A DNA stretch of 64,000 nt from Malacoraja senta (GCA_038087875.1 CM075990.1:4342001-4406000); one strand, 5' to 3'. Shown: positions 1-12,405, counted from the first letter of the stretch. The notes: generated by a model from the letters alone, not told the origin. Made by a program: numbers and translations.

Positions 1-310
1 ACACCAGAACCTATTAAACTGGTCGATATCCCATCTCTTGCAGGGCCCCAACCCGAAACGTCACCTATCTATGTTCTCCAGAGATGCTGTCTGACCCACC
101 ACAGCTTTTTGCGTGTATCTTCGTGATGAGAGATTGGATAGATTGCCTTTATTCTCACCGGCTCACAGGAGACTGGAGGGTGATCTTTACCGAGGTCTAT
201 TGAATTATGACGGACATAGGATAAAGCAGCAGAATCTTTATCCCATGGTAGTGGAGTCTAGAACCACCAGCCACTGTGGAAAATGTAGCCGCTCAGATTT
301 CTATTTTGAC

Positions 311-598
311 CGGCACGGTGGCGCAGCGGTAGCGTTGCTGCCTTACAGCGCCAGACACCTGGGTTCAATCCTGACTACGAGTGCTGTTTGAATGGAGTTT
401 GTACATTTTCTCTGTGACCACGTGGGGTTTCTCCAGGTGCTCCAGTTTCCTCCCACACTCCAAAGACGTATAGGTTTGTATGTTAATTGGCTTCGGTAAA
501 ATTGGAAACTGTCCCAAGTGTGTAGGATAATGCTAGTGTACGGGGATCGCTGGTTGGCGCGGACCCGAAGGGCCTGTTTGCGTGCTGTATCTCTAAAC
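311..598 (+). mobile_element. tRNA-derived V-SINE (HE1-like), near full length
   Basis: A box TGGCGCAGCGG (319-329), B box GGTTCAATCC (362-371), V-domain-like core (ttcctcccacactccaaagacg), CR1/HER1-type 3' tail ending ctgtatctctaaac. Confidence 0.85.
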
Positions 599-1327
599 GT
601 TAGTTTAGTTTAGTTTGGTTTAGAGATACAGAGTGGAAACAGGCCCTTTGGCACACGGAGTCCACACCGACCAGCGATCCCCGCACATTAACACTACCCT
701 ACACACACACAGGACAATTTACATTTATCCCAAGCCAATTAACCTGCAAACCTGTACGTCTTTGGAGTGTTGGAGGAAACCGACTGAAACCGAAGATCTT
801 GGAGAAAACCCACGCTGTCATGGGGAGTACAAACTCCATACAGACAGCACCCGTAGTCGGGATCGAACCCGCATCTCTGGTGCTGAAAGCGCTGTGTAAG
901 CCCCTGTCCCACTTAGGAGACCTAAACAGCAACCTCTGGTGACCTTGCCCGCCACCCAAGGTTTCCATGAGGTCACCAGAGGTTTTGGTCACTCTCCCTA
1001 ATGGTCGAAAGTGGTTTCCGCGTGGTCGAGGCTTCATCTAGGTTGCTGCTATTTTTTCATCATGATTAAAACCGGCCTCGACTAAAAATAGTGTTGCCGT
1101 TTTAAAAATCGATAATTTTTTAGTCGCAGGTCTAGTCGAAGCCGGTTTTCTTCATAGTCGAGGAAGGTTTTCAACATATGCGTGGGAGGCGGTAGGAGGT
1201 TGCAGGTCACCTCGACCTTGATTTTTTTTTGGGTGGCGGGCAAGGGCACCAGAGGTTGCTGTTTAGGTCTCCTAAGTGGGACAGGGGCTTAAGGCAGCAA
1301 CTCTACTGCTGCGCCACCGTGCCGCCC
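599..1327 (-). mobile_element. HE1-like V-SINE interrupted by a MITE
   Basis: (TTTAG)n tail at 599-623, body to 898, tRNA head resumes 1290-1327; reverse complement matches the 311-598 copy. Confidence 0.85.
899..1289. mobile_element. MITE with ~60 bp terminal inverted repeats (PIF/Harbinger-like)
   Basis: AGCCCCTGTCCCACTTAGGAGACCTAAACAGCAACCTCTGGTG... at left, its reverse complement at right; TA/TAA flanks; no ORF. Superfamily is inferred from TIR and target. Confidence 0.8.
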
Positions 1328-1963
1328 ACTGACCTAAACTCCCAAATCTAACCCCTCTCACCTTCCACCTATGTCTCTGGTTCTTGATTCCCCTACTCTG
1401 GGTAAAAGACTATGCATCTTCCCTATCTATTCCCTTTATGACCTTATACACAACAAGATCACCCCTTATCCCCCTGCGATCCGAGGAATAAAATCCTAGG
1501 AAAATTCATTTTCATTTTGCCCTTTTACACATTTCCTAACAATTTGATCTACTATTCATATAATAATTTACTGAAACTTAACTTTCATTGCAAGTGTGAA
1601 TTAATACATAATCCCAGCTGTTCATCACTGGGTCACTAAGTACCAAGTCCATTCAAGCCTCTTCGCTGGTCTCCTGCTCTTCTTTCTCTTGGCTCTGGTG
1701 GCACGAGTCCCTTCTGCCCATTGGCACAAGTCTCCAATCTGAAGAAAGGCTGTCTGTTGGGTCCCTCTGCAGATGCTGCCTGACCCGTTGAGTTCTCCCA
1801 AGCTGCTTGTATTTTGTGCAAGATTCCAGCATCAGTAGTTCCTTGCATCTCTAGCCCAAGAGTCATCTGCTTCCCTTCACTTGGACAGTCCTTCAGATAG
1901 AGTACTCAATGGCCCATAGTGAAGTTACTTATTCAGACACGACACCAGCTAACATCGGCCAAT

Positions 1964-2232
1964 GTCTGAAGAAGGGTCCTGACCCGAAACGTCTCTCATC
2001 CATGTTCCCCTGAGACGTGTAGGAAGGAACTGCAGATGCTGGTTTAAACCGAAGATAGACACAAAAAGCTGGAGTAACTCAGCAGGTCAGGCAGCATCTG
2101 TGGAGAAAAGGAATAGGTGACGTTTCGGGTCGAGACTCTTGTCTGCGATGCTGCCTGACCCGCTGAGCTATTCCAGTACTCCGTGTCTTCTATTGTAAAC
2201 CAGTACAGTATCTGCAGCTCCTTTGTTCCTAG
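1964..2232. mobile_element. Penelope-derived hammerhead-bearing element (+) with an inverted copy (2017-2140) inside it
   Basis: CTGAAGAAGGGTCCTGACCCGAAACGTC at 1966-1993; + copy resumes at 2147 (gatgctgcctgacccgctgag); intervening segment is the reverse complement of the same family. Confidence 0.75.
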
Positions 2233-2417
2233 CTGGTTACGAGTGACTCTGGTACAGGCGCAAGAGCATGCAGTGGAGTTTGTGAGGTTCAACACTACAG
2301 TGTGGAATCTCCTCCATTGCAGAGTAATTGAGGCATGCTATTTATCTTTTGTTTCCTTTATATTTATTGTCCTTGTGCTTCATGTCCTTTTATCCTTGCT
2401 GATAAACCCAGAAGTGA

Positions 2418-2594
<177 letters not shown>

Positions 2595-2673
2595 TAGACA
2601 ATAGACAATAGACAATAGGTGCAGGAGTAGGCCATTCGGCCCTTCGAGCCGGCACTGCCATTCAATGTGATCA

Positions 2674-4190
2674 TAGATAGATAGATAGATCCTTTAATAA
2701 TCCTTTACAGGAAATTACAGTGCCACAACAGCTTCAAGACAGACATAACACCACACATTTCCTCAGATAGCTTCCATACTTAATAAGTTAAATACAATGA
2801 ATGAATACTAAAAAATGCAAAATTATTTTAGTGCATTATAAAACCTTATAGCAGCTGGTATACAAGACTTCCTATATCTCTCAGTTTTGCACATTGGTGC
2901 AATCAGCCTCTGACTGAAGATGCTGCTCTTGATCACCTTCAGGGCGTGGAGTGGGTGAGTGGGGTTGGTCATTATTGAACCCAGTTTGTTCAGAGTTCTG
3001 GCCTCTGCCACCTGCTGGACCGTTAGTTGCTCAGCCCCGACCACTGAGCCGGCCTTCCTGATCAGCTTGTCCAGTCTGTTTTTGTCTGCTATGCGGGCGC
3101 CTTCTCCCCATCAGGCCACAGCAAAAAACAGAGCACTGGCCACCACTGAATGGTAGACACTGCACAGTAGGGGCTGGCAGATGTTGAATGACCTTAGCCT
3201 CCTTAAAAAATACAGACGACTTTGTCCCTTCCTGTACACCGCCTCCATATGACTCTTCCAGTCCAGCTGCACACCAAGGTACCGGTGGTTGGCGACCACC
3301 TCCACCTCAGTGCCCCTGATGGTGATTGGTGTTGGTTGAGTCCTCCTCCTCCCCCTCCTGAAATCCACAACTGTCTCCTTCATTTTTGTGGTGTTGAGAT
3401 GGAGGTTATTGTGTGCACTCCACTCCACAAAGTTGTTTATTGTATCTCTATACTCCTCCTCATTGCCCCCTTTGAGCTGTGTCATCTGAAAATTTCTGCA
3501 AAAAGCAGCTGTTGGTGTTGTATTGGAAATCCGCTGTGTAGATGGTGAACAAGAATGGAGCCAGCACAGTTCCTTGTGGAACCCCCTGTGCTGCTCAGGA
3601 TGGTGCTTGAGACATTGTTCTGTAGGTGCACGTACTGTGGTCTGAGGAGAAGGTAATCCAAACACCACAGTACCAGTAATGGATCCACCTGCATCTTCTC
3701 CGTCTTCTCCCCTAGCAGTCGGGGCTGAATTGTGTTAAAGGCGCTTGAGAAGTCAAAAAATGTAATCCTTACAGATGCATCAGGGATGTCCAGATGTGTG
3801 TACACACTCTGCAGCATGTAAATGAGGGCATCATCGACACTGATGTTGGGCTGATATGCAAACTGTAGAGGATCCATTTGAGTTGACACGCTAGTCCTGA
3901 TGTAGAAGAGGACAAGTCTCTCAAATATCTTCATAATATGTGAGGTGAGCGCTACTGGTCTGTAGTCATTGTGGTGAGTGGGATGGGTCTTCTTTGGGAC
4001 AGGTACCAGGCAAGATGTTTTCCACAGCCTTGGAACCTTCTGTAGATGCAAGCTCAGGTTGAACAGGTGTGTTAGAATACCACACAGCTCTGAAGAGCAA
4101 GTCTTCAGTAGCCTTGGGCTGGTATCATCGGGCCCCACTGCTTTCCCTGGCTTCAGTCTGTCCAGCATCATCTTGACATGAGCAGTATGA
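2674..4190 (-). mobile_element. Rex1/Babar-like LINE, 5'-truncated and frameshifted, nested in a CR1 tail
   Basis: ORFs 3482-4171, 3111-3668, 2823-3044 give RT motifs ([45 protein letters not shown]); (GATA)n tail 2674-2690; the CR1 tail at 2594-2673 resumes at 4194-4305. Confidence 0.85.
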
Positions 4191-4409
4191 AGTCATGGCT
4201 GATCATCCCCAATCAGTACCCCGTTCCTGCCTTCTCCCCATATCCCCTGACTCCGCTATTTTTAAGAGCCCTATCTAGCTCTCTCTTGAAAGCATCCAGA
4301 GAACCTGTCTTAATGTTTTAATGAAATGCCTGTAAACAGTACGGTTCAGTGTAGATAGTAGATCCAGTGCCTCACAGCACCAGGGACCCTGGTTCACTCG
4401 TGACCTCTT

Positions 4410-4439
4410 GTGGTATGTGTACGCGTGCATGTGTGTATG

Positions 4440-4471
<32 letters not shown>

Positions 4472-4932
4472 TTGTATGTGTGTATGCGTATGTGTTTATA
4501 TGTGTGTGTATGCGTGTGTGTGTATATGTGTGCGTGTGTATATGTGTGCGTGTGTATATGTGTGCGTGTGTATGTGTGCATGTGTATATGCGTGCATGTG
4601 TGTATGTGTGCGTGTGTATATGTATTGTGTACATGTGTGTGTATGCATGTGTATGCGTGCTTGTGTGTATGTGTGCGTGTGTGTGTATGCGTGTGTGTGT
4701 GCGTTTGTGTATGTGTGCGTGTGTATATGTGTGCGTGTGTATGCATGTGTGCGTGTGTGTATATGTGTGCGCATGCGTGTGTGTATATGTGCGCGTGTGT
4801 GTACGTGTGTGTGTATGTGTGCCTGTGTGCATGTGTATATGCGTGCATGTGTGTGTATGCGTGCGTGTACGTGCGTGTGTATATGTGTGCATGTGTATGC
4901 ATGTGTGTGTGTATTAGTGTGTGTATGTATGT
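4410..4932. repeat. Compound (TG)n/(TGTA)/(TGCG) microsatellite, ~520 bp
   Basis: Alternating purine-pyrimidine run; source of the His/Thr and Cys/Val ORFs. Confidence 0.95.
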
Positions 4933-5044
4933 GTTTTCTCCCTCTGACCACGTGAGTTTCCCCAAGTGCACCTTTTTCCTCTCATGTCCCAAAGACGCAG
5001 GTTGAAAGGTTAGTAAGCCTTTAGTGTAGCTGATTTGTACAATA

Positions 5045-6331
5045 GCAGTGACTAGTGGGGTGCCGCAAGGCTCAGTGCTGGGACCCCAGTTATTTACACT
5101 ATCTATTAACGATTTAGACGAGGGAATTAAATGTGACAGCTCCAGGTTTGCGGATGATACAAAGCTGGGTGGCAGTGTGAGCTGCGAGGAGGATGCTATG
5201 AGGCTGCAGGGTAACTTGGATAGGTTGGGTGAGTGGGCAGATGCATGGCAGATGCAGTATAATGTGGATAAATGTGAGGTTATCCACTTTGGTGGCAAGA
5301 ACAGGAAGGCAGATTATTATCTGAATGGTGTCGGATTAGGAAAAGGGGAGGTGCAATGAGACCTGGGTGTGCTTGTACATCAGTCACTGAAAGTAAGCAT
5401 GCAGCAACAGCAGACAGTGAAGAAAGCTAATGCCATGTTGACCTTCATTGCGAGAGGATTTGAGTTTAGGAGCAAGGAGGTCCTACTGTAGTTGTACAGG
5501 GCCCTGGTGAGTCCGCACCTGGAGTATTGTGTGCAATTTTTGTCTCCTAAATGGAGGAAGGATATTATTGCTATTGAGGGAGTGCAGTGTAGGTTCACCA
5601 GGTTAATTCCCGGGATGGCGGGACTGACAGAATGGGTCGACTGGGCCTGTATTCACAGGAATTTAGAAGGATGAGGTGGGATCTTATGGAAAAATATAAA
5701 ATTCTTAAAGACTAGAAGCAGGAAAAATGTTCCTGATGTTGGGGGAGTCCAGAACCAGGGGTCACAGTTTAAGAATAAGGGGTAGGTCATTTAGGACTGA
5801 GATGAGGATAAATAGTTTCTCCCAGAGAGTTGTGAATCTGTGGAATTCTCTGCCACAGAAGGCAGTGGAAGCCAATTCACTGGTTGTTTTCAAAAGAGAG
5901 TTAGATTTAGCTCTTGGGGCTGAAGGAATCAAGGGATATGGGGAGAAAGCAGGAGCAGGGTACTGATTTTAGATGATCAGTCATGATCTTATTGAATGGA
6001 GTGTAGACAAAACTGCTGGAGAAACTCAGCGGGTGCGGCAGCATCTATGGAACGAAGGAAATAGGCAACCTTTCGAGCCGAAACCCTTCTTCAGACTGAT
6101 GTAGGGTGGGGGGGGGGGGGGGGGCGGGGAGAAGAAAGGAAAAGGGAAGAGGAGGAGCCAGAGGGCTGAGGGATAGCTGAGAACGGGAGGAGGCAGCAAG
6201 GGCTACCGGAAATTGGAGAAGTCAATGTTCATGCCGCTAGGGTGCAAACTGCCCAAGCGGAATATGAGGTGCTGGCTCGAAAGGCCGAATGGTCTACTCC
6301 TGCACCTATTTTTCTATGTTCTATGTTTCTA
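5045..6331 (+). mobile_element. CR1/HER1-type LINE 3' fragment; tail split by a Penelope fragment
   Basis: TSGVPQGSVLGPQLF, FADDTKLGG, HLEYCVQF, WNSLPQKAVEA; stops and frameshifts; tail resumes 6274-6331 (ggccgaatggtctactcctgcacc...ctatgtt). Confidence 0.9.
6002..6274 (-). mobile_element. Penelope-like element 3' end: endonuclease C-terminus plus terminal repeat with hammerhead motif
   Basis: Minus strand 6274-6203 reads QHLIFRLGSLHPSGMNIDFSNFR*, the typical end of PLE GIY-YIG ORFs; followed by CTGAAGAAGGGTTTCGGCTCGAAAGGTTGCC (6094-6064). Confidence 0.8.
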
Positions 6332-7029
6332 ATTTGGGGGAAATTGATGAGAATGCGAGGAGAATAAAAAACAAATGGCACTAATGTAGAAATAATGTAG
6401 AGACTAATGGCGGCAGACAGAAGATAGGACCATTTGATGAACTTTTGTAACTTTGTCAGTGCCAGTCCCGTGGTGACTCTTGTGTACTGTCGAGGTGAGG
6501 TCTGCTGTATGATTTTACTGGGTTGAATGCAAAACAAAGTAATCCACTGTGCTTAGGTGCATGTGACAATAACGTATCATTGGAGTGAATCGTTGAATCA
6601 GTGTGAGTGGGTGGGTAGATGGACAGCACGAACACGATGGGCCGAAGTGCCCGTTTCAATGCTCTATCTCTCCGCGCCCGTATCTGTGAGACAAGTTTTG
6701 ATAACACCTTGTTGACGTGCTACAGCATTTTCTGTTTTTGATTTAAGGTTTTCAGCATGGGTTTGTTTATAAACAGGATGCTACTTATTTTCTTATCTTC
6801 CCAAAATGCAAAATGCATAATCGACCCATTTCCAGCTCACAGCAGATAAGGAAGTGAAAAGAGTCTGTTTAAACATTGTTGGCTGGAAAGTCACCCCGCT
6901 CTGTAACATTATTCACACAGTTGGTAATGTTATGGACTGCACTCCATTCCCGAAATGCAGTTCCGTTGAGCCATTATTTCGGCAGGAATCTTTCTGCTGC
7001 CATTACGCATCTTTGTGATAGATATGTGC

Positions 7030-7507
7030 ACATGCCTGTCGGGGAATGTTACCGACTGGCCCGCACCAGACTGCAGGAGTACGTGCTGAGGGACGCACTG
7101 AAGCTCGGTGCAGCCAACGCCAAGGCACTTTAGTTTAGTTTAGAGATACAGCGCGGAAACAGGCCCTTCGGCCCACCGGTTCTGCACCGACCAGTGATCC
7201 CCGCACATTAACACCATCCTACACCCACTAGGGACAGTTTTTACATTTACCAAGCTAAGTAACCTACAAACACTGTGGGGGAGGACCACAGTCTAGGGTC
7301 CTTCCGCTGCTGGACATTGAGGGGCAGATTCTAGTGGGGACACCCCTCAAACAGTGGCAAGTGTGTTTACTGTTATTTTAAAATAGGTGCAAACACTACC
7401 GAGCATGACACTAAGGAAGGTGTCAATAGTGAAAATGACTATTGCACAGGTTTTGCGATGTAAATATCTTGTCAATTCTGAATAAGGTTTATTTTGGGGG
7501 GGAAAAA
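7030..7507 (+). mobile_element. Tx1/L1-clade LINE 3' end split by a SINE tail (7131-7270, minus)
   Basis: ECYRLARTRLQEYVLRDALKLGAANAKAL / WGRTTV* flank the SINE fragment; a related minus copy lies at ~60480-60860 (SRLQEYMLRDPL). Confidence 0.6.
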
Positions 7508-7909
7508 CATGGGCATTTCCCAGTTTTTCCTGAAGAGGACAATGGCGTTGCACATTAGTGTGATATGTAGTTTTTGTTCACGAATAGTCCATTGCTTTAG
7601 TGTGGATTATGAGCACCCTTGGATATGTTCGAAAGGTTTTTCCACAGAGAGCGAGGTGTGAATTCCACCTGGGTGTGAGTGTGGCAGGGGGAGAGGGTGG
7701 AAGAGCTTCTCCAGGGAAAGGACAATTAAAATAACGAGAGCCTTTGCTCACTTTGTGGATGCTCGGGCCTGGAGCTGGGAGCCTTCAGCTTCCTCTTGGA
7801 CAGACAGTGATGTCTGCTGTAGGAAGGGGCTTTGGTTGTATATGTACCTCAGAAGTGCGAAAAGAAGTATTTGTAATTCCAGTTTGTGCAGTCGCCTCAG
7901 CTCGTGCTT

Positions 7910-8530
7910 TCATTTACCTCCTACCATCGGGAAGAAGGTACAAGAGTTGGAAAATCATGACCTCCAGGTTGAGGAACAGCTTCTTCCCAATAACCATCGG
8001 GCTCTTGAGCACTACGAACACAAACTAAACTATGAACTATTAACTGTCTTGGTTGCACGAAGGATGAGAGCAATTTTGCACTAACAGTGGGGTTTCACGT
8101 TTATAGATTTTTGTTTATTTTTTTATGTATGAGTACTCCGAGGAGTCAAGAACCAGAGGACATGGGTTTAAGGTGAGAAGCGAAACAATTCATAGTAACC
8201 CGAGGGGCAACTTATTGTACACACAGGGTGGTGGGTATATGGAACGAGCTGCCAGAGGAGGTAGTGGAAGCAGGCACTATAGCAACATGTAAAAGACATT
8301 TGGACAGGTACATGGATAGGGAAGGTTTATCGGGATACGGGCCAAATGGCAGACAGGTGGGAGTAGTGCAGGTGGGTTATCTGGTTCGGCATGGGCAAGT
8401 TGGGCCGAAGGGCCGGTATCTGTGCTGTATGACTCTCTAACTCTACTGTGTTTACGGACCCGTTATGCTGCTATGAGTGAGAATTTAGTTCTGTTTTCGG
8501 TACACATGACAATTAAACTCTCTTAACTTG
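7910..8530 (+). mobile_element. Rex1-like 3' fragment with nested CR1 3' fragment (~8140-8445)
   Basis: LLPSGRRYKS...RLRNSFFP motif; WNELPEEVVEAGTI CR1 motif; Rex1-type tail catgacaattaaactctcttaacttgac. Confidence 0.7.
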
Positions 8531-8580
8531 ACTCCTGACCCATAGCAGTTTGATCCATGTCTGGCCTACTTTGAAAAAGT

Positions 8581-8864
8581 GCAGGTATATATCCACTTTT
8601 TTCTTTCTTTCTTTCTTTTTTTCTTCTTTTTTTTTTCTTTTCCTCTCTTATATCTTTATTCACTCTTTGACCACACTACTTTGTAAGTCTAGGGGTTCTA
8701 TTTTTTTCACTTTTTCCCTTTCTTGTTCTTTCTCTCTTCTTTTCCTTCATTTTCAGGTTAAACGGTCAAAATTGAAGCTGTACAATAATAGTATAATTTT
8801 ACATGCCGAATGTTTTATTCTTGTACAATTGCTTCTAATAAAAATAAAAAATAAAAAATAAAAA
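8581..8864 (+). mobile_element. L1-like 3' end with AATAAA/A-rich tail and 14 bp TSD
   Basis: TACTTTGAA(A/G)AAGT at 8567-8580 and 8865-8878; ends cttctaataaaaat + (AAAAAT)n, same terminus as 47671-48009. Confidence 0.6.
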
Positions 8865-8944
8865 TACTTTGAAGAAGTTCTCCTCTCTCCGACGAGAATT
8901 CCGCAACATTCTCTCTCGTCGCTCCCCTCCGTGATTATCTTCAT

Positions 8945-9093
8945 CCCCTTTGATCTCTGGTTTTCACACCTTACCCTTCCGTATCTCTCTTTCCCTCTCC
9001 CCTGATTGTCGGTCTGAAGAAGGGTCTCGACCCTTCCTTCAGTCCAGAGATGCTGCCTGTCCTGCTGAGCTACTCCACCATTTTGCGTCTCTC
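8945..9093 (+). mobile_element. Penelope-derived terminal fragment, hammerhead with GAAA arm deleted
   Basis: GGTCTGAAGAAGGGTCTCGACCC (9011-9033) joins directly to ttccttc...gagatgctgcctgtcctgctgag. Confidence 0.7.
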
Positions 9094-9128
9094 TTTAATG
9101 CTGAAACTTGCCTTTATTTTCCCCTCAG

Positions 9129-9218
9129 GTGTGCCATGTGAACCTCGAGGGCCAGCCATTTTATTCCAAAAAGGACAAGCCGCTCTGCAAGAAGCATGCC
9201 CATGCCATTAACGTTTAA
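9129..9218 (+). CDS. LDB3: LDB3 terminal coding exon, end of LIM3 and stop
   Basis: ttttcccctcAG acceptor (9127-9128); [32 protein letters not shown] at 9216-9218; in frame with exon 2440-2555 and completes the CxxC..HxxC..CxxC..CxxH LIM pattern. Confidence 0.95.
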   Translation: MCHVNLEGQPFYSKKDKPLCKKHAHAINV

Positions 9219-10484
9219 ACACCAGGGACCATCAAAGGAAAGATCCTGGTGGGGAGAGCACATCTCATCCAAAACCAACAGAACCAACAACTGCCTTTTA
9301 AGTCTTTTTCTTCTTTTTTTGTTTTGTTTTTGTTGTTTTAACAATGTTTCACATAATTTACCTAAGATTGTGAGTGATTGAAATAAATGAGTTGCTGGGT
9401 GGGATGCAGTATCATCTCGCCACGCTTTGTCAGGCATACTCACTACTAACAAAACACATTGCACATACCTGGAAAGTTTACAGAGTTAAGCTTGATGAAT
9501 GCTATTCCTCTGATGCTGATTTGGTGGCTATTTTTACTCAAAGCCAGCAGGTTTCCAATCGAATGATATATTGTCTACACCTGCATTACACAGCCATCTT
9601 TCAGACTGCATCTGCACTAACTGTGTTCAATCGCCTAGAATGTCCTTTAAAAAAAAATAATAAGTGCTCTGCCTGGCTGCTGGATTTAATTTGATACTCT
9701 TGGTTTTCAGAGTCTTGTTTGAGTTTGTACACATGGGTTCATTGAAGAGCCACAGCTGAGCACTAACAATATTTCAGATGCATTTTCTCATTTAGATTCT
9801 TTAAGCTAACTGTCAAAGGAGTAAAAAGCCTTAATGTGGGTGTGTATAATATTGGCTGTTCCTCCAAAGCTGTCCAAAATGTAATGCCTCCACAGTGTGG
9901 GAGGACGAGGTAGGGTTTACCTGTGGGCAGGATGGAGCTGACCGCACAAGATTCCTACAGTGTTGCAATCTCTGATTTCATATTTATGTTTAAATAGTTA
10001 CCCAAAACCTCAACACAAGTCTAGGCAAGGAGCCCCTATATCACAAAGCAGCCAGTACTGTTTACTGGTATGTTGTGCTTGTTTCATTTTGAACATTGAA
10101 AGTTGCTGAAAATTGATGCAACCAATTTAAAGTGCAAATCACACTGAGCCCCGAGTTCTCCCCATCTTTTGTGTGACCACGCGAAGGTGGCGCTGGCTCT
10201 ACCTACAAACTTCAGTATAGACCCAGAGTGAACACCCCACTACTGCAGGCCCCTGCTAAACGCACTATTTTGCAGGGCTTCAACAGGAGACAATTAAACA
10301 GACCGTCTTGAATGAGAGGACACAATTAATATCTTTAATTTAACAATGTGGTTATTTTTAATTTATGAAGAAAGTGTTTGCTGTTCAATATATCAAACAA
10401 ATAGTTCTTTTTTAAATTTACTTTAAGTAGTTTTGGCGTTACTCACAGCTAATGAAGATACTCTGATTACATTTTATTTTGTGA

Positions 10485-10910
10485 GGTTTAGGTTTATTAT
10501 TGTCATGTCTACTGAGGTACAGAGAAAAGCTTTGTTTTTTGCATGTTATCCAAACAGATCAGATATGCCATTCATTTAGATGCAAAGTTCAAACTCAAGT
10601 TCAATAGATAGAGCAATGGGGAAGATAGTGTGCAGAATATAGCTCTCAGCATTGCAGAGCATCAGTTCCACAGACAAATCCCACAGGTAGGTCGTCAATG
10701 GGGAAGAGGTGAATCAGACAGTACCCTAGCTTATGGAAGGGCCGTTCAGAAGCCTGATAATAGAGGAGGAAAAGCTGTTCCAAAGTCTGGTGATGTGTGC
10801 TTTCAAGCTTCTGTACCTTTTGCCAGACGGGAGCGGGGAGAAGAAGGACTAACCGGGGTGGGACGTCTTTGATGATGTTGGCTGCTTTTTCGAGGCAGCT
10901 CGCATTAATC
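10485..10910 (-). mobile_element. Rex1-like LINE 3' fragment
   Basis: CLEKAANIIKD; tail matches copies at ~11085-11220 and ~63285-63460. Confidence 0.7.
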
Positions 10911-11559
10911 AAACAGTACTAAGTTATACTTATAGAAAAGGTACATATTGTAAATTAACTCTTTCTAAAATTACATTTTAAACTCCTTCTTGATTGTTCT
11001 GCTCTGTGATAGATTTTGTACATGGTGATATGGAAACAAGTTTGAACAGAGATGTGAACTGAGTGTACTTTCTGCCTCGATTATCCAGTACAATAGAGTA
11101 AAGGGGAAGATACAGAGTGCAGAATATGGTGCTCACTTGTGCAGAGGTTCAGCTCCATAGACAAAGTCCAATGCCCTCAATGGGGTAGAGATGAATGGAT
11201 ACCCTAGCTTATGGAACGGCCGTTAGCCCAGCCCCTGCATCACCAGGAAGTTACTTTGCCAACAGTTAAATTTGCCCACATTTCCTCATTTTGAGCTGGG
11301 CAGGACTGGTGAGAATTACCGTTAATTAATTCTCTCAATTTGTGGTTCTCATACCGCTTTGAGTGGGCCAGTTTATTACTGGATTGACGCTGGCTTTATG
11401 AAGACGGGGGGGGGGTCAGATACAGTTAAATTGAAGTGGAAAGTCATGACTTAGTCCACCCCCTGCATGTTACTTGAAAACATACTGTGCTTTGAGAAAC
11501 TATTGCACTAAGATACTTTGAGTTTCTTTCCTGAGTAACAGTGATCTAGCAGTGAGATT

Positions 11560-12170
11560 TAATCGGCAAGACTAGGCGACCATTTTACCTAACGTTTGCG
11601 TTTTGTCCGCCAAGGCCTGCTTAATCTCCCCTTTTAACTCCCCTTCTCATTTCTGTCCTTGATCTCCTTCATTGCCTGAGTGAGGCCACATGCAAACGTG
11701 AGGTATAGCACCTCATATTCCGCTTACAACGGTATGAACATTGAATTTTTGAAGTAATACCCCTCTCTTTCCCGTCCCCCTTCCACCCCAGTGCGCGCAC
11801 ATATGTCCCACTACTCACCCCCTCCCCTTTCCCAGCCACCTTGCTCCTTTCCCTTCTTCCGTACACTCATCTTCCACCCCGGAGTTCCCTCACCTCTGTT
11901 ACTTACTTCACACCGTCTGCTAATCAACTCCCCTCACCCATACTGTCCCGCTGAGTTATTCCAGCATTTTGTGTCTACCCCTCTCACCTATATCCATCCA
12001 CGCTTTGCCCACCCCTAACTTTCCCAGCTTTCTACCGCCTACTCCAGTAGTTTGATGAAAGATCCCGTTCCGAAATGTCATCTGTCTATTCCCCATGCAA
12101 ATACTGCCCGATAAACCGAGTTCGTCCAGCAGTTTGCGGTTTGCTCAAGATTTGAGCACGTGTGTCTCTA
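11560..12170 (+). mobile_element. Decayed Penelope-like 3' end
   Basis: agactaggcgac..., gcacctcatattccgctt...ggtatgaacattgaattt (HLIFRL..GMNIEF), pyrimidine-rich UTR, degenerate hammerhead near 12052-12080. Confidence 0.65.
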
Positions 12171-12405
12171 TTTTATCCCCATTTCGTTAATGTAAGTTAG
12201 TAACATCATGAGATATTGTGTCGGTGGATTACACATGTCATGTTTGATAGGAAGCTTTGTTTATTTTTTGTTCCATGTTTTATCTATTTGGAATTATACC
12301 TTTGAGGTATACTTGTCTGAGAGCACTGTCATTCGAACACACAACGGGCTAGGACTTGGAATTTGTACATGATCGGAAAGCTAACTTGCAGTAACACAAT
12401 AATGA

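Noticed and set aside
311..380. tRNA gene (A and B boxes)
   Set aside because: Continues into V-domain and LINE tail; it is a SINE head.
4275..5005. 150-300 aa His/Thr- and Cys/Val-rich ORFs
   Set aside because: Stop-free translations of the TG/CA microsatellite in all frames.
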